From the human T2T-CHM13v2.0 reference genome, Homo sapiens, in NCBI RefSeq assembly GCF_009914755.1, contig NC_060935.1: 64,000 bases of DNA. One strand, given 5' to 3'. The position numbers and the translations under genes were made by a program. The notes under the pieces are model-generated. The model did no database searches. It had not been told where the DNA came from and saw only the letters and a program-made list of their open reading frames with translations. Shown here piece after piece: positions 46,501 to 63,740 of this stretch. Position 1 is the stretch's first letter, and the number at the start of each line of letters is the position of its first letter.

Positions 46501-48011
46501 ATGCAGAGAAGTACACAGGGTTGTGAAATAAGATTCTGCCTTCACGTGACTGGGCTGCAGTGGACTCTGATCCTCAGGGAATATCTTTTAGGGAATTTAT
46601 TATTTTAATACTGTAGAGCCATCAGATTGCATGACCATTATAACCATGAAGGATCCTGTTCCTCCTGTCCAGGGACAGCCAGCTTTGAGAATGATCTTGC
46701 AGGAGGCATGTTCCAAATGTCAGCAGCACCTGCAACTCCAGACTCAACATTTCAGGTTAAGGCCTATGAGATCTCAAATGCCCTTCAGCTTTTATATTGG
46801 GGCACAAACATGCATGATCTCTTTCCAAGGAGAGGTGAGAATGGGACAGAGGAGGAGAGGAAGAGGAGATTAAATGTTTGAGGGAGAGATCCTCAGTGAA
46901 CAAGGGGAAATAGGAGACTGAGGGCTCCCGAGGTCATATTAATAGCTCATAGTTATAACTGAGTGTTCACCTCTCAGTACTTTATGTCTAAAAATTCATT
47001 GAAATTTCACAAACAACCTAGTGATGTAAGTTCTAATATAAAAGCACTCTTGTTTTTCAAATGAGAAACTGAGATGCAGAGAAGTAAAGTTTCTTGCCCA
47101 AACTGAGTCATACACTAGTAAGCAGAAAAGCCAGGATGGAGGCTCAGGCAGTCTTGGCCCCAGAGGCCATGCTTTTACCCATCCTACCTTATGGCTTCCT
47201 GCCAAACTACATCCAGGGCCTGCCCTGGGAATCCTGAAGTGTGAGGTAGATTTTCTTGGTTGTATTCCTTGAAGTCTTCCCATTATCCTTCAAATGGAAT
47301 CTCAAAGACAGTAGTCCTGGACTGTGCCAAAAATTAAAATGAGACATAGCAGGGAACAATAGAATCAGAGTGTTACATGACAAAAAGCAAAATAGCCTAA
47401 AATAGAGCAATGCTCAGTAAGGTAGGAAGGTTTTCCCCATAAAACCTAGGTAAAACCAAAGGGAGAATTGGCTTTTCTGTTGGTTCCTCCATTATCCATC
47501 ATTCTTTTGGCCTTATGGTCTGGGACTTTGAGGGAGGCACAGTCACTTTGGAGTAATGCTCTGAGCTTCATTACTCAGCTTTTGAAATCTAGGGGTTGGG
47601 GGACTCCAGGGAAGAGAGAGGAGAGGCCTCCTTTCCTCCTAAATTAGTCTCACAGTCCATCTTACAAAGCTGCAGGCCAACTCAATTCTTTGGCATCTTT
47701 GAGGAATCCAGGCCAGGAGGGTCACTGACATATTTCAAATAACTGCAGAGTCTTTGTAATAACCACAATAAAACTTTTTTTTCACTAGTTGTTCAGAAAA
47801 GCAAGTCACAAAAGTATACACTGTTTCAGCCCATGTTTCTTGACCACCCTACCCAGAAAAACATGTCTGTATCTGTATACAAAAATGCCTTGTGGCCTAT
47901 ATAACGAAGAGTGGTTGACTTCAAGGAGCTATTACAGGTGTTTCTATAATTTTCTTCTTTTTTTGATAATGAATCTGGAACTTAAGGAAAAGAAAATAAA
48001 ATAATTAATTA

Positions 48012-48315
<304 letters not shown>

Positions 48316-49724
48316 ACAATAACATTAAGAGTAGATAAGGAATTCATTCTGCAGGATGAGGTCAAAGACGTAGAAGGGTTATTCCTGAAAGTTCTGCCTT
48401 TGAGAATATGGTCTTTCATCATGTTACTTTCAGGAGTGTGCCCCAGAGGACAAGATAAGAAGATCACTCTCTCTACTTTCTCCAAAGTGACCAATCAACA
48501 CAGGGCCACATCAATGCTCAGCACCTTCCATTTGACTTCACCTGACTTTCACTGGATAGTTCCCATCTTGAAAGCTTCACATCTGCATTGTCAGCTATGC
48601 CTGGGTGTAATTCTACATACCTACACTGTGGTTGAACACCTGAGTAAACCACCCCATTTTTTGGTGCTGTGATGCCAGAGCTGATACAATTGTGTATCTC
48701 CCAGTGTCAGTCACACTCTCCCATGTGAGCACCAGCACTGCCACCCCCAGATACTGCAGTTCTCTCATTCCTCTTCTGCCCTCTCCTAACCTCCCTGGGT
48801 CTTCTGCTATACCAAGTTGATGCATCCCAATGACATGTTTAATCCTCACTTTCCTCTTACCTGCTAGTAGCAGAGGAGAGGAAAGAAGGAAGATACCATC
48901 TCTTCTCAAGAAATGAAGCTCCTAAGGCTTACTCCAAAGACATTTACATCCCAGCTCTCTCTCTGTTAAGAGGGACTATGTCATGGAGTATGGTCCTGTG
49001 GCAAAACTGTAGTTGTACCCTAACATTTGCTGCCAAGGCTTGACTGGAGAGGCCAGCCCAGCATTATCCATATGCGCATGTTGTGCTGTGCTTAGCCTTT
49101 CCCTGTACTAGACTTCCTACGTGGGCTGAGGGCATGGGCCAGGCTCACATGGCTTTCCTTAGCATCTGCTCTACTCAGCATGAGCCATTTTCTCTTGCCA
49201 AAACAACTTAATGTCATATGGATGAGAGAATTTTCCTTGTATTATTTCACCAGGAGTCTCTCAATTCTCAAGTATCTAGGAGCACCATTTGCAAATATGC
49301 TCATGTAATTTGCACATTATGTCTTCATGCTATTTTTCTCTGATGCAGACCTAATTAGCCTCTGGATTAACCAGGAAACACTAAGAAAGCCATTTTAGCC
49401 AAGACAAGTGTAACATGTCTTGAGTTATTTAAAATTAAGCAGAACCAGATGTTGACATAAATACTCCACAGTATTATTTGCATTCTGCCACTTAGAAGCA
49501 GCATGCTGCTTAGTTCGGAATACTGGTTTTTAATTTTCTAAAGACGGGAGAATGTTATCCCCAGAGTATACGCTTTAGGATGTTAAGTAGGGTCCTCATT
49601 GTTTTATCTAGAGCATCTTAACAACCTAGTAAGTCCGTTATGAAAGAGATAAAATAGTGGGAAAACAGAGCCAGGGTGTTTGTCTCATGTTGGAGGAGGG
49701 AAAAGCTAGATCCCTGCAAAGTCA

Positions 49725-50509
<785 letters not shown>

Positions 50510-51521
50510 TTACTGATACCTGCTGTGGTAATGGGAAGGCCTGGAGGAGCCAGTTCCCTGGAAGGAACCTGGGTGAATCTTCATGTCATGTCAGTGCTTG
50601 AAGACAGAGTCAGCTTCCTTACCCCGCTCTAATACCAGGGTCCCCAAAGTCTATACATCATATCACAATCACATGTGTGAAAGTTAATTTGGTTTACTGA
50701 GTAGTGAAAGTTGTCTCTTATACTAAGACAGATGTATATATTTATGTGTGTTTGTGTGTGTATACACACATGGGGGTGGGGGAAGGAGAGAGAGGGACAG
50801 AGAGAGAGAGAGAGACAGAGAGATCTATACACTTTTAAACAAACATTTACATTTCCCACAAAGGAGAGTCTGAAACAGACTTGGGTGCAGGAGCTCATCC
50901 CAGGAAGCAGGATTCTGGAAATAAAGAGGATAAGCAGATAAATGGAAATTGCTGAGAAGAGATGTGTTTTTCAGCTAGTCACTACATGGGAGAGTGAGGT
51001 TCAGTCTCTCCTGGGAACCTCTAAAGAACCATACAAAATGAGCCTTAGCATTGTCCCTCTGAAGGATGAGAGTCTGAGGCATTTTTTTCATGGATTCCCA
51101 TCTCCCACTGGGGTTTGCTGTCAGGAATATTTCCTGGCTACCCTATGGGGGAATGACTGATGTCCCCTTGCCTCAGGAGAAGGTTTAAGGCTGAACAAAG
51201 CACAGGGAGACTGAGAGGTGGGAGAATTTGTGCATGGGAAGTACCCACCAGAATTGCTACTAAAATCCACGCTGGGCTGAGGGCATGTGGCTTGGGACAA
51301 AAAAAGCACATGCTTAAAAAACCCACATCAGGAAAGTTAATGGAAAATGTTTAACTTTTTAGAGAAGAATCTTCCTATCTCCCATCTTCCACTGCAGGGT
51401 TTTCCAGAGGAGGGTAGGTATGACATTTCCTGCTGCCTTTGCACATGCATTTTAACCTTAACTGAATTCTCTTCTCAGTCAAGTTTCTCACTCCTGCTCT
51501 CAGTCCTGTCTGCCCTCTCAG

Positions 51522-51660
51522 ACTCCAGAGCCTTCAGAGGTTGCCAGGCATATCCTCTGCCTCCTAGTTATATGGCAGCCCCTTGGAGCTTGTTCCAGGA
51601 TTCTCATCCAGTAATACATTCTCATTCACTTTTCATTGTCTAGAATTTTATTGAAATCTT
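51522..51660 (+). other. Candidate second exon (mirror ~13380-13517, minus)
   Basis: Long pyrimidine tract and acceptor CCTGTCTGCCCTCTCAG|ACTCCAG identical in both arms; 3' end not defined. Confidence 0.3.
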
Positions 51661-52754
51661 TCCTGTTCTGAAGAAGAAATGTCTATTCAAATTTTTTGCC
51701 CCTATTTCCATTGAATTGTCTTTTTATGATTGAGTTGAAAGGGTCCTTTATATATTCTGGATTCTAGTCTCTTAGTAAACTTATGATTTTCACATTTTAT
51801 CCCATTTTGGGGGTCATTTTTTTAATCTCTCAGTGGTGTCCTTTGAATCACAAACATTTTTAATTCAGAGGAAGAGAAATTTTAAAATATTTTCTGTAGT
51901 TGGTTGTGTTCTTAGTTTCATATGTAAAAAACTTTTGCCTAATCTAAGGTCATGAAGTTCTACAACCTATTTTTTCTTGTAAGCATTTTATGCACTTATA
52001 CATTTAGGTCTTTGATTCATTTCTAGTAAATTTTTGTGTATGATATGAGGTAGAGGTCCACCTGCATTCTTTTGCATTGGGATATTCATTTGTCCCAGCA
52101 CCATTTGTTGAAAAGATTATTCTTTTCCCAGTGAATTGTCTTGAGGCTCTTATTAAAATATACTGATCATAAAATGTGAGAGTTTATTTCTGGACTCATA
52201 GTTCTACTTCATTTATCTATACATCCAGACCACACTGTCTTGTTTATTGTATCTTTGTCAAAAGTTTCGATGTTAGGAAGCTTGAGCCCTCCAAATGTAT
52301 TCCTCTACTTAGAGATTGTTTTTGATTGGCTATTCTGAGTCCCTTGAATTTCCATACAAATTTTTGAATTAGCTTGTCAATTTCTGCAAAGAAGTCAATT
52401 GGAACATGTCTCACATATGACCATAACATTTGAACATGAATCTTGTGAGTTATAATTATATTTATTATCATTGTTAATCTACACTATGAAATTCTATGAA
52501 GTTGCTCTTAGAGGGTGGCATTTGAAAGCCTAACGGACACTTCTGTTTGTTTATGAAAATCTACATTATTTTAAAAATATTACGTTTATGATGCATAATA
52601 ATATACCCAGAAGAGTAGCACAACATAAGATTTGTTGTTATTCTTTTCAGATGTACCATGTAATAATTTTGTTGTGGAGGATGGATATTACCACAGGGCA
52701 GAGAGATTTTCCTTCTTTTTGTTAATAATACAGTGCTGAATAATAATAATATAA

Positions 52755-53089
52755 TCTTTCTTTTCCTTCTTCTCCTCTTCCTCCTCCTCCTCTTCTTCTT
52801 CTTCTTCCTCTTCATTTTATTCTTCCCTCTTTTTGAGACAGAGTCTTGCTTTGTTGCTGAGGCTGGCCTGCAGTAGCACACCCTCAGGTCACTGCAACCT
52901 CTGTCTCCTAGGCTCAAGTGATCCTCCCACCTCAGCCTCCTGAGTAGCTGGGACTACATGTGTGCACCACCATGACAGGCTAATTTTTTGTGGTAGAGAC
53001 AGGGTTTTCCCATGCTGCCCAGGCTGATCTCAAACTCCTTGGCCTCCCAAAGTGCTGGAATTACAGGCATGAGCCACAGTGCTTGGCCA
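52755..53089 (-). mobile_element. AluJ, paralog of 5570-5882, with (CTT/CCT)n tail
   Basis: Same internal deletion and flanks as the left copy. Confidence 0.85.
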
Positions 53090-53845
53090 CTTTGGCATTA
53101 ATCTTAAAGTTCAATTTTCAGTTGGAAAACTCTCACATACGTTCATAATTCTTTTTTTCCAAAAAGAAAAAGAGAATACCTGTGAGTCCATCAAATATAA
53201 CACTTTTAAAGTAGAAATGATAAACTGAGCCCCTGTAGTATGTCCGCCCATCTCTTCATTGTGAAACTTAAGTTTTCTACGCTGGTCACTTCTTTCTGAC
53301 CCAGATAAAGTGTTTCTTTAATTGTTGGAGGTGGCTTCCTTACCTCACTATGCAGACAGTTCTTGCCAAGGACTCCTGTGTTGCCACATCCAATGATCAG
53401 TTTTCCTTTGACCCATGTAACCGCTACACTTCATTAGACACAATTGCCTGCTCTCTACTTTGTGAACTCTTCCTCCATGGCTTCTCTGGGATCATGCCAC
53501 CTGGATCTTCTACTTCTGACCACCTGGTCTCTGTTTTCTCCAGTACTCTCTTCTCTCCCTCCACCACACTCCAGGCACATGCCCTAGGCTACCCTAGTCC
53601 TTGCTCACAGGTTTCACAACCATTCCTACCCTGACCTCATCTTCTCACCCAGGCTCACACCTCCTCCTTCCTACAGGACAAATCTATCTGGACATCACTT
53701 CACCTCAAATACAGTATGTCCAGTATGGACTCTCTTGACACTCCAAACCAATTTTCTTTTAACTTCATTTCTTAGTGGTAACACCCATTTCCCAAGGTCA
53801 TTAGATTTCAGCATCTGCCCCCTGCTTATGCCCTGTATTCAGTCA

Positions 53846-54166
<321 letters not shown>

Positions 54167-56659
54167 ATAAAGTCCCACAGATATTTTTTGACAGAATTCG
54201 CAAACCAATTTTTTCATCTTCATTTCACTTCTACCACTTCTTCACTTGTTTATGAAGCTTCTTGTACGTGAGGTCAAGGGTAGCATGGTAAGAGCTCTAA
54301 TCTAATAGACATGCACCAACCTAGAAGGCAAGTTGGGCCCTGAAAACTGGGTCAGATAAAATAAGCTGTTGATCAATGTTGAGGGTCATTTTCAGATGAT
54401 AACAGGAAGAACTGATGCAACTGTTACCTCATGATTATATTTCTACAAGTCCCCAACATGTCCCCGATAGCCTATGATACTACCATGTTTGGCTCACACA
54501 CATTTGTGTACTTTTATTTATTTGGTTAGTCTGGCTTAGTGGTACTAGTTTAGGATTATCACATTTAAAAGTGCTAATTAATGTAAAGCTTTGGTGCCAT
54601 GGTCAAAGCAAGAATGTGGTCAAGCACATCCCTAGGTTGGTTTCCATGTGAACCAGCAGGTGGACAGGCACAAAAAGTTATAATTCTTAAGACCACAGAG
54701 TTAATAAGATTGTTTCAGAAACTGGAGTTGACATGGTGTTTTCCAGAAACAGAGGGGACGAAAGCCAACATACAAACTTTGGCAGGAGTTTTTCTAAACT
54801 TTCTGGCACCTGTAAAACAAGAGCAACTTAATTCTTTACACTGAGTCAGTCCTATCTGAACTTTCCTTGTCTTTGACGTCTAACAGGACTCAGTATCCCC
54901 TGCATATGAGTAGCTATCACTTATATAGCACTTTCTGTGGGCTAGTGTATTCATCACAGATTTTCTATTTTATGATGTTTTGGCTTCTTGTGGGGAGGCT
55001 AGCTTGGCAGAAAGACTGCCCCTCCCAGGGTCAGCTAACTTTTAGAGATAATAAACAACTGGCCTGCACACATATGTCTCATTTTCAGACCACCAATCCC
55101 AAGTCCATATCCCCAACCTCCTCCTTCATCTAATTGATACACCAAGCCAATATTTCCCACCCCAAATCACCCAGAGCCAGGTAGTAGACAACCAGAGATC
55201 ATCCTATAACCTACAGCCCACAAGCATTATTCAAAGTAACCCATTCTAACTTGTATCCTCTGCCTTGCCTTGTTTTCCCGTTGAAAACCCAAGAAAGGCT
55301 CTGGGCCAGGCTTTCCCTTTGCTCCTTTCTGCCTCTTCACTGACACTGATGCTTCCCCATGTGGCCTTGCATGGTAGGGCATGCCCCCTCCTCTAGCAAG
55401 TAAATAAAATCCTCCTTCAGTGAGATTATCTTTTGTTTGTGTTTACTCAATCACTTCCATAACTTAACATCCTATAAGTATAACTGAGACAGCTAGGAAC
55501 CATTCTAAATACCTTGGATAGATAAACTCCTTTAATTTTCAGAACAACTCTCTGAGGCATGTACTACTATGTCCTCATTCTGACAAGGAGGACATGAAGA
55601 TACAGAGAGGTTAATGAAGTTGTTCCAGGCCCTATGAATGAATGGCAGAACTAGGATGCAAACCCATTTAGCCTGTTGTCAGCCAGTCTGTGATTTCACA
55701 ACTGTCTATACTGTCTCTTGAGGAAGCTGAGGTGTGTTATGTGCTCAAGATGCAAATCGCTAGCATTCTCTTCACCATTGCAGGTCTCTTGCAAGAATTG
55801 CCCTTTTTGTTTGAAATTCTGCTTTAAATTAGTCATCAGAATGAGGAACAGACATATCTAAGGCCAAAAAGAATCATTGTTCCTATTCCAATTGGTTGAC
55901 TTGGGATGAATAAAGAAAAGAACATCTAGATACAATTACCTAGAAGACTATTGTCTTCTAGGCAATCTTACTCTGTCCCTTGGATTTATCTTTTGATAAG
56001 AATGTAGTACCTGTAATGAACACATAAGAGCACAGTTCTTTGAGCTGCCCTAGAAGTGAACCAAACACCATGTGTAAGCCAACTACAAGCCATCCAGTAT
56101 CTCTAGGGCATAAAGTGCCAGAGAGCCCTGGTGCTAGATGAGGCCAGAGAGATCCACAGGAGCCAGGCCAGGGATGGGCCACAGGACTTGCCAAGAGCCT
56201 CGTAGGGAATAGGAAGCCAAGTTCCCTCCCTCTCTCATGCTTGAGGCATAGGGATCTCTTAGTGATGCCCAGTGGCTACTACATAAACAATCATTTAGAT
56301 TACCCAACATATAGAGAAAACTTTTTTATGACACTAATAAAACTTAATATCCACATTTGACAAGCATTACTATTTTATTTTCAATTACTGCCTTGGGCCA
56401 ATTCCCAGAATAAGATTGAGTCAAAGAAAATTATTATTGATTGTCCTCATTACTTTTAATCTTTTTAACTTCCAAATTGCTTTCACCAAGCCCATCATTG
56501 TACATAATATACACAGACCTGCCAGCATTGTTATGCCCTGTATATTTATGCCGTTACCCTATGTTCTCTGAAAATCATGTTCACCCTTCTCCATCTTCAA
56601 ATCCTCAACATCCCATTCCCTTTTCTTACTCTCAACTGATCATCATGTAACTGCCCATC

Positions 56660-59510
56660 ACAAATCTACCAAGCCTCTAGCATTTACATTCATTTACTCC
56701 ATTGTCCCTTGGATTACAATGAATGGAATTGCCATTCTCTTATCTATGGACAAATCCTCACTTGTGCATCCATTTCTTCTCCTCTGCTCAGAACTCTGCT
56801 CCCCTCTCTTTTCTGAATGTCCCATGACTTTAGTGAGCTTGCAGGTCTCCCCTGAGCTTAAAGCTTGACTTAATATATCTAACTTATTTTTTAATTTCTC
56901 CACTTGCATGTCTAACAGGCATTTCAAATGTAGCATATCCAGAGCAAGACTCTCTTTCCTCCATCTCCCAAATCTGCTTCTCCTCCAGCCTTCCTCATCT
57001 CAGATAATGCCACCGTCATTTATTCAGTTGTGCAGACCCCAGACTTGAAGTTATCCTTGATCCTTTCTTTTTAATTTTTTTTTAAAATATTTGTGGGTAC
57101 ATAGTAGATGTATATATTTATGGGGTACATGAGAGGTTTTGATACAGGCATGCAATGTGAAACAAGCATGTCATGGAGAATGCAGTATCCATCCCCTCAA
57201 GCACTTATCTTTTAAGTTATAAATAATCCAATTGTATTCTTTATTTAAAAATATACAATTCAGTTATTATTGACTATAGTCACCCTATTGTGCTATCAAA
57301 TAGTAGGTCATATTTATTTTGTTTTTTTGTACCCATTAACCATTCCCACCTTCCCCTCAACTCTCCACCACCCTTCCCAGCCTCTGGTAACCATCCTTTT
57401 ACTTTCTATCTCCATGAGTTCAATTGATTTGATTTTCTATTACACAAATAAGTGAGAACATGCCGTTTGTCTTTTTTTGCCTGGCTTATTCCACTTAACA
57501 TAATGATCTCCAGTTCTATCCGTATTGTTGCAAATGACAGGATCTCACTCTTTTATGGCTGAATAGTACTCCATTGTGTATATGTGCCATATTTTCTTCA
57601 TCCGTTCATCTGTCGAGGGACACTTAGGTTGCTTCCAAATCTTAGCTATTATAAACAGTGCTGCAACAAACACAGGAGTGCAGATATCTCTTCAATATAC
57701 TGATTTCCTTTCCTTTGGGTATATACCCAGTAGTGGGATTGCTGGATCATGTGGTAGCTCAATTTTTAGTTTTTCTGAGGAAACTCTGAACTATTCTCCA
57801 TAGTGGTTGTACTAATTAACATTCCCACCAACAGTGTATGAGGGCTCCCTTTTCTCCATATCCTTGCCAGCATTTCTTATTGCCTGTCTTTTGGATAAAA
57901 GCTGTTTTAACTGGAGTAAGATGATATCTCATTGTAGTTTTGATTTGCACTTCTCTGATGATCAGTGATGTTATGCACCTTTTCATATGCCTGTTTGTCA
58001 TCTGTATGTCTTCTTTTGAGAAATGTCTATTCAAATCTTTTGCCCATTTTTGATCAGATTATTAGATCAATTAGATTATTAGATTATTCCTGTAGAGTTA
58101 TTTGAGCTCCTTATATATTCTGGCTATTAATCCCTTGTCAGAGGGGTAGTTTGCAAATATGTTCTCCCATTCTGTCACTTGTGTCTTCCCTTTGTTGATT
58201 GCCTCCTTTGCTGTGCAGAAGCTTTTTGACTTGATGTGATCCTATTTGTCTGTTTGCTTTGGTTGCCTATGCTTATGGGATGTTGCTCAAGAAGTCTTTG
58301 CCCAGAACAATGTCCTGGATATTAGATTTTCCCCAGAGTTTCATAATTTGAGGTTTTAGATTTAAGTGTTTAATTCATTTTGATGTGACTTTTGTATATG
58401 GCAAAAGATCGGGGTCTAATTTTATTCTTCTGCATATGGATATCCAGTTTGCCCAGCACCATTTGTTGAAGAGACAGTCTTTTCCCCAATGTATGTTCTT
58501 GGCACCTTTGTGGAAAATGAGTAGGTGTGTGGATTTGTTTCTGGATTCTCTGTTCTGTTCCATTGGTCTGTGTGTCTGTTTTCATGCCAGTATCATGCTG
58601 TTTTTGTTACTAAAGCTCTGTAGTATAACTTGACATCAGGTAATGTGATTCCTCCAGTTTTGTTCTTTTGCTTAGGATAGCTTTGGCTAGTCTGGGTCTT
58701 TTGTTGTTCCATATAAATTGTAGGATTGTTTTTTTCTCTGTTTCTGTGAAGAATGTCATTGGTATTTTTTTTGATTCTTTTATGCTCTCATGTCCTACAT
58801 CTAATCTATGTGCAATTTCTGCTGCCTCTAACATCAGAATATATTCCAAATCCAGGCATTCCTCACCTTCTCCCCCACTGTCATCTCAGCCCTAGCCACC
58901 CTCATTCCACATCTGACTGTTGTAATAACCACCTACCTAGTCTTTCTGCTTTCACCCTTACCTTCTATATAGTGGCCAAAGTATTTCATAATATAAATCA
59001 GATCATATAACTGCCTTTATCTTAGAGCTCAAATGACTTCCCATCTCCCTACATTATCTGCCCTCTGATTGCCTCTCCAGCCTTGCCTCCTCCCTCTCTT
59101 TCTCTTCTCACTCTACTCCAGCCACAGCGTTCCTGCTGGTCTTCAATACATCAAGCTTGTTCCCATCTCACAGTATTTGTGCCTGCTGGGTTTCCTCTCC
59201 CAGAAATGCTTCCAGTTGGGTCACATGACCTGCTATCTCACTTCAGCCCAGTCTTCATTTATCACCTACTTAGAATGGCCTTCCCTGTCCATCTTATCTA
59301 AATAACCTCTTGCCCCTCTTCATTCTGTAATCGCTCACTCAGCTTTATCTGTGTTTTTGTTTATTCATTTATTTTCTTCACCCTTACCCCCACCTTCCTG
59401 ACCCTAGAACATAAGTGCAATGAGTAAAGGGATTTAATTTGTTCACTTCTATAGCCAATGCCAGGAACATAATATTTGTTAAGTTATGGGTAAATAATTT
59501 AATAAAAGGA
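56660..59510 (+). mobile_element. L2 split by an L1MA insertion
   Basis: TCTCCACTTGCATGTCTAACAGGCATTTCAAA..CTTCCTCATCTCAG; resumes after 58780 and ends in an L2-like 3' tail. Confidence 0.7.
57067..58770 (-). mobile_element. 5'-truncated L1MA1/2
   Basis: ORF2p C-terminal peptides at 57816-58034 and 58375-58563; L1MA 3'UTR; TSD TTGATCCTTT (57057-57066)/TTGATTCTTT (58771-58780). Confidence 0.88.
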
Positions 59511-60052
59511 ATCAACAAGGTAGTTTGCATTTTTAAGAAATATAATAGGATGTATTGATAGAAATGTAATCTTGGAGAGTTCAGATTCTGTTCATGAGTG
59601 GCATTACCCTCCAGCCCATTTGCAAGAGGTGTGTGGCCAGATGAATTAGGATCGTCATCTTCCCACATATGTCTAGTTGTATCTGCAATTTAACAGAGGC
59701 ATAAAGATATTGAAAGATGGCTGATGGACCAGAGTAGGCCTGACCGAGGTCTAAATAAAGGATAGGGGGAAAATGCCTGTAGAAATATACTCCCCATGAG
59801 GACCAAAGTTGTATGGATCAGAGGGTCAGCTTTCACATTGAGGCTAGAGGGGAGCATTCCTTACGGAGACTGTTTCTACCTTCCCACACTGAAGCTGTGG
59901 GTTGTTAGGTGAAAAATTGTTTTTATGTGTGAATTGAAAGAGCTGTACCACTCAAGAAATGTACCATGTGGAACTAAGGCTGTTTCTGTCGTGGGAGATT
60001 GTGTCCGAGATTGTTACTTGTCCCCAGTAGCCCTTCTTTCTTTTTTCTAAAG

Positions 60053-60215
60053 CAAGTTCAGCAAACTTTTTCTGTAAAGGCCCAGATAGTGATTATGTTT
60101 GGCTTTGAGGGCCATGTAATACATAAACAAATGGGCAGGCTCTGTTCCAATAACTTCATTTACAAAAATAGGTGCTAGTGGAAGTTGGTCTCTAGCCATA
60201 GTATGGCAACCCTTG
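60053..60215. mobile_element. MER58A
   Basis: CAGCAAACTTTTTCTGTAAAGGCCCAGATAGT...CCATAGTATGGCAACCC. Confidence 0.8.
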
Positions 60216-60339
60216 TTATAGATAACAGTAAAATTTTTAGCTGAGTACATGGCTGCCTAGCTAAAGGCCTTGTTTTATAGCCTGCCTTTTAGCTATCTGT
60301 AGCAAAGTGATGCATTTAGCATGTATTTGAATCAGAGTT

Positions 60340-60639
60340 TCTTTCTTTTTTTTTTTTTTCTTTAAGACAGAGTCTCACTGTGTCGCCCAGGCTAGAGTGC
60401 AGTGGTGCAATCTCACTGCAGCGTCAACCTCCTGGGCTCAAGTGATTCTCCCACCTTGGCCTCCCAAGCAGCTGGGACTACAGTCACACGCCAGTACCCA
60501 TAACTAATTTTTATATTTTTTGTAGAGACAGGGTTTTGCCATGTTGCCCAGTCTGGTCTTGAACTCCTGAGCCAAGTGATCTGCCCACCTTAACCTCCCA
60601 AAATGCTAGGATTATAGGCATGAGCCACTGAGCCTGGCC
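60340..60639 (-). mobile_element. AluJ followed by a MER20-like stub (~60643-60695)
   Basis: Alu dimer, then GGTTTCTTAG..TACTATTGACATTTTAGGCC. Confidence 0.88.
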
Positions 60640-60699
60640 TAGACAAGGTTTCTTAGTTTTCAATACTATTGACATTTTAGGCCATATAATTCTTATTTT

Positions 60700-61385
60700 A
60701 TTTTTATTGATATATATTTATACTATAAAAAATTTACTGTTTTAAAGTCTACAGTTCAGTGGCTTTTTAGTATTTTCACAAAGTTGTGTTCAAGAATCAC
60801 TATTATCTATTTCAGAACATTTTTCTCACCCCAAAAAGAAACCCTGTAACCATTAGCAGCCATTCCTCATTCCTGTTCCCATCCACAAGCCTCTGGCAGC
60901 CACTTACCTACTTGCCTATTCTGGACATTTCATATAAATGGAATCACACAGTATGTGCCCTTTTGTCTCTGGCTTCTTTCACTTAGTGTAATGTTTTCAA
61001 TGTTCATCTGTGTTGTAGCATGTATCAACAGTCCATTCTATTTTCCATGAGTGAATAAATAATATGCCGTTGTATAAATATATCACATTTTGTTTACCCA
61101 TGCATCAGCTGATGAACATTTGAGTTTTTTCCACTTTTTGGCTACTATGAAAAATACTTTTATGAACATCATGTACTAGCTGGCCATATGGTAACTCTAT
61201 GTTTAACCTTTGAAAAATTGCCGAACTGTTTTCCAAAGCAGCTGCACCACTTTACATTCTCTCTAGTAATGCATGAGGGTTCCAATTTCTTTACATCCTC
61301 ACCAACACTTGTTTACATTTGCTTTTTGATTATAGCCATGCTAGTGGATATGAAATGGTATCTCATTATGACTTTGATCTGGAAA
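60700..61385 (-). mobile_element. L1MB 3' end; older L1M fragments continue at 61390-61890 and 63100-63740
   Basis: CCCAAAAAGAAACCCTGTAACCATTAGCAG..CTGGACATTTCATATAAATGGAATC. Confidence 0.8.
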
Positions 61386-61899
61386 TACTGAAATTCATTT
61401 ATCCATTCTACTACAATAGCTTTTGAGTCATAGTTGGTTTGAGCTATAATGAATAATGCTCTGCGAACATTCTGTTACATGTCTTCTGATATGCATATTC
61501 ATTCATTTCCTATATAAAGAACTGAAATTAGTTGCACCATTATGCATTTCCACTAGCAGTGTTTTGAGAGATACAGTTGCTTTGCAATTTCCCAGTAATG
61601 GCATTTTCACTGTTTTTTAGTTTTAGTTGTTCTGGTGAGTGTAAAGTGGTATTGCAGTGTGATTTTACTTTGTATTTCTCTAATAACTGTGCACCTTTTC
61701 AAATGTTTATTGGCCACTTGATATCCTCTTGTGAAATGCCTGATCAACTCTCTTGCCCATTTCTTAAATTGGGTTTTCAGTTGTTTTCTTCTTGATTTAT
61801 AGGCATTCTTTATGGATTCTAGACACAAGGCTTTGATTAGATTTAGTAATTTATGCATAGAAAGACACATATAGTAATATCTTCTCAAAGCTTTTTCTC

Positions 61900-63087
<1,188 letters not shown>

Positions 63088-63740
63088 AAAGCTTTTTCTC
63101 CTAATGGTGTCTTTTCATGAACGATATTTCTTAGTTTTAACCTAATTCAATTTATCAAATATTTTTGTATATTCTAAAATCATGATAATATTCTCTGTAA
63201 TACTGTAGAGGCCTTATAGATTACTAGTTTCCACATTATACCTACAGTTTACTTGGAATTTATTTTGTGCTTAATGTATGGTAGAGATCAAGCTATATCT
63301 ACATATTATTTATTGATATTTAATTAACTTAGCACCACTTATTGATCTTCAGTAAAATCTTCATCATAAATCAGGTATCTACATTCCTTGGGTCTATCTG
63401 GATCTTCTATTCTGTTCTTTGGTCTATTCATCTTCTCTTTTGACAATTCCACACTGTCTAAATTACTGTAACTTTATAAGAAGTTTTTCTGCTTTATAGA
63501 GTAAGAACTTTGTTCTTTTATAAAAGTATGATGCTACTCCTAGCTCTTTGTTTTTCCAAATAAATTTTTAAGTCAGTTTGTCAGTTTCCACATATACAAA
63601 AGTACCTACTGGCATCTTGATTAAAATGACACCAAATCTAGGAAAAATTTGGATAAGAACTGATATTTTTATAATATTCAGTTTTATAACATGCGTAATT
63701 GTATCTCTTTAACTTCTTTCAATAATGTTTTGTGATTTTC

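Noticed and set aside
46580-46880. Unique segment with minus-strand TATAAAAG and downstream AATAAA
   Set aside because: Only a 23-codon ORF follows, and such motifs arise by chance in AT-rich DNA; there is no second copy to support it.
52561-52917. Lys/Arg-rich 118-aa ORF resembling a protamine or NLS
   Set aside because: It is the translation of the Alu tail microsatellite.
54599-54844. Paired ORFs MVKARM..GWFP (left 4072-4386)
   Set aside because: The copies differ by indels and diverge in frame at the C-terminus, the left start is not ATG, and no domain is recognisable.
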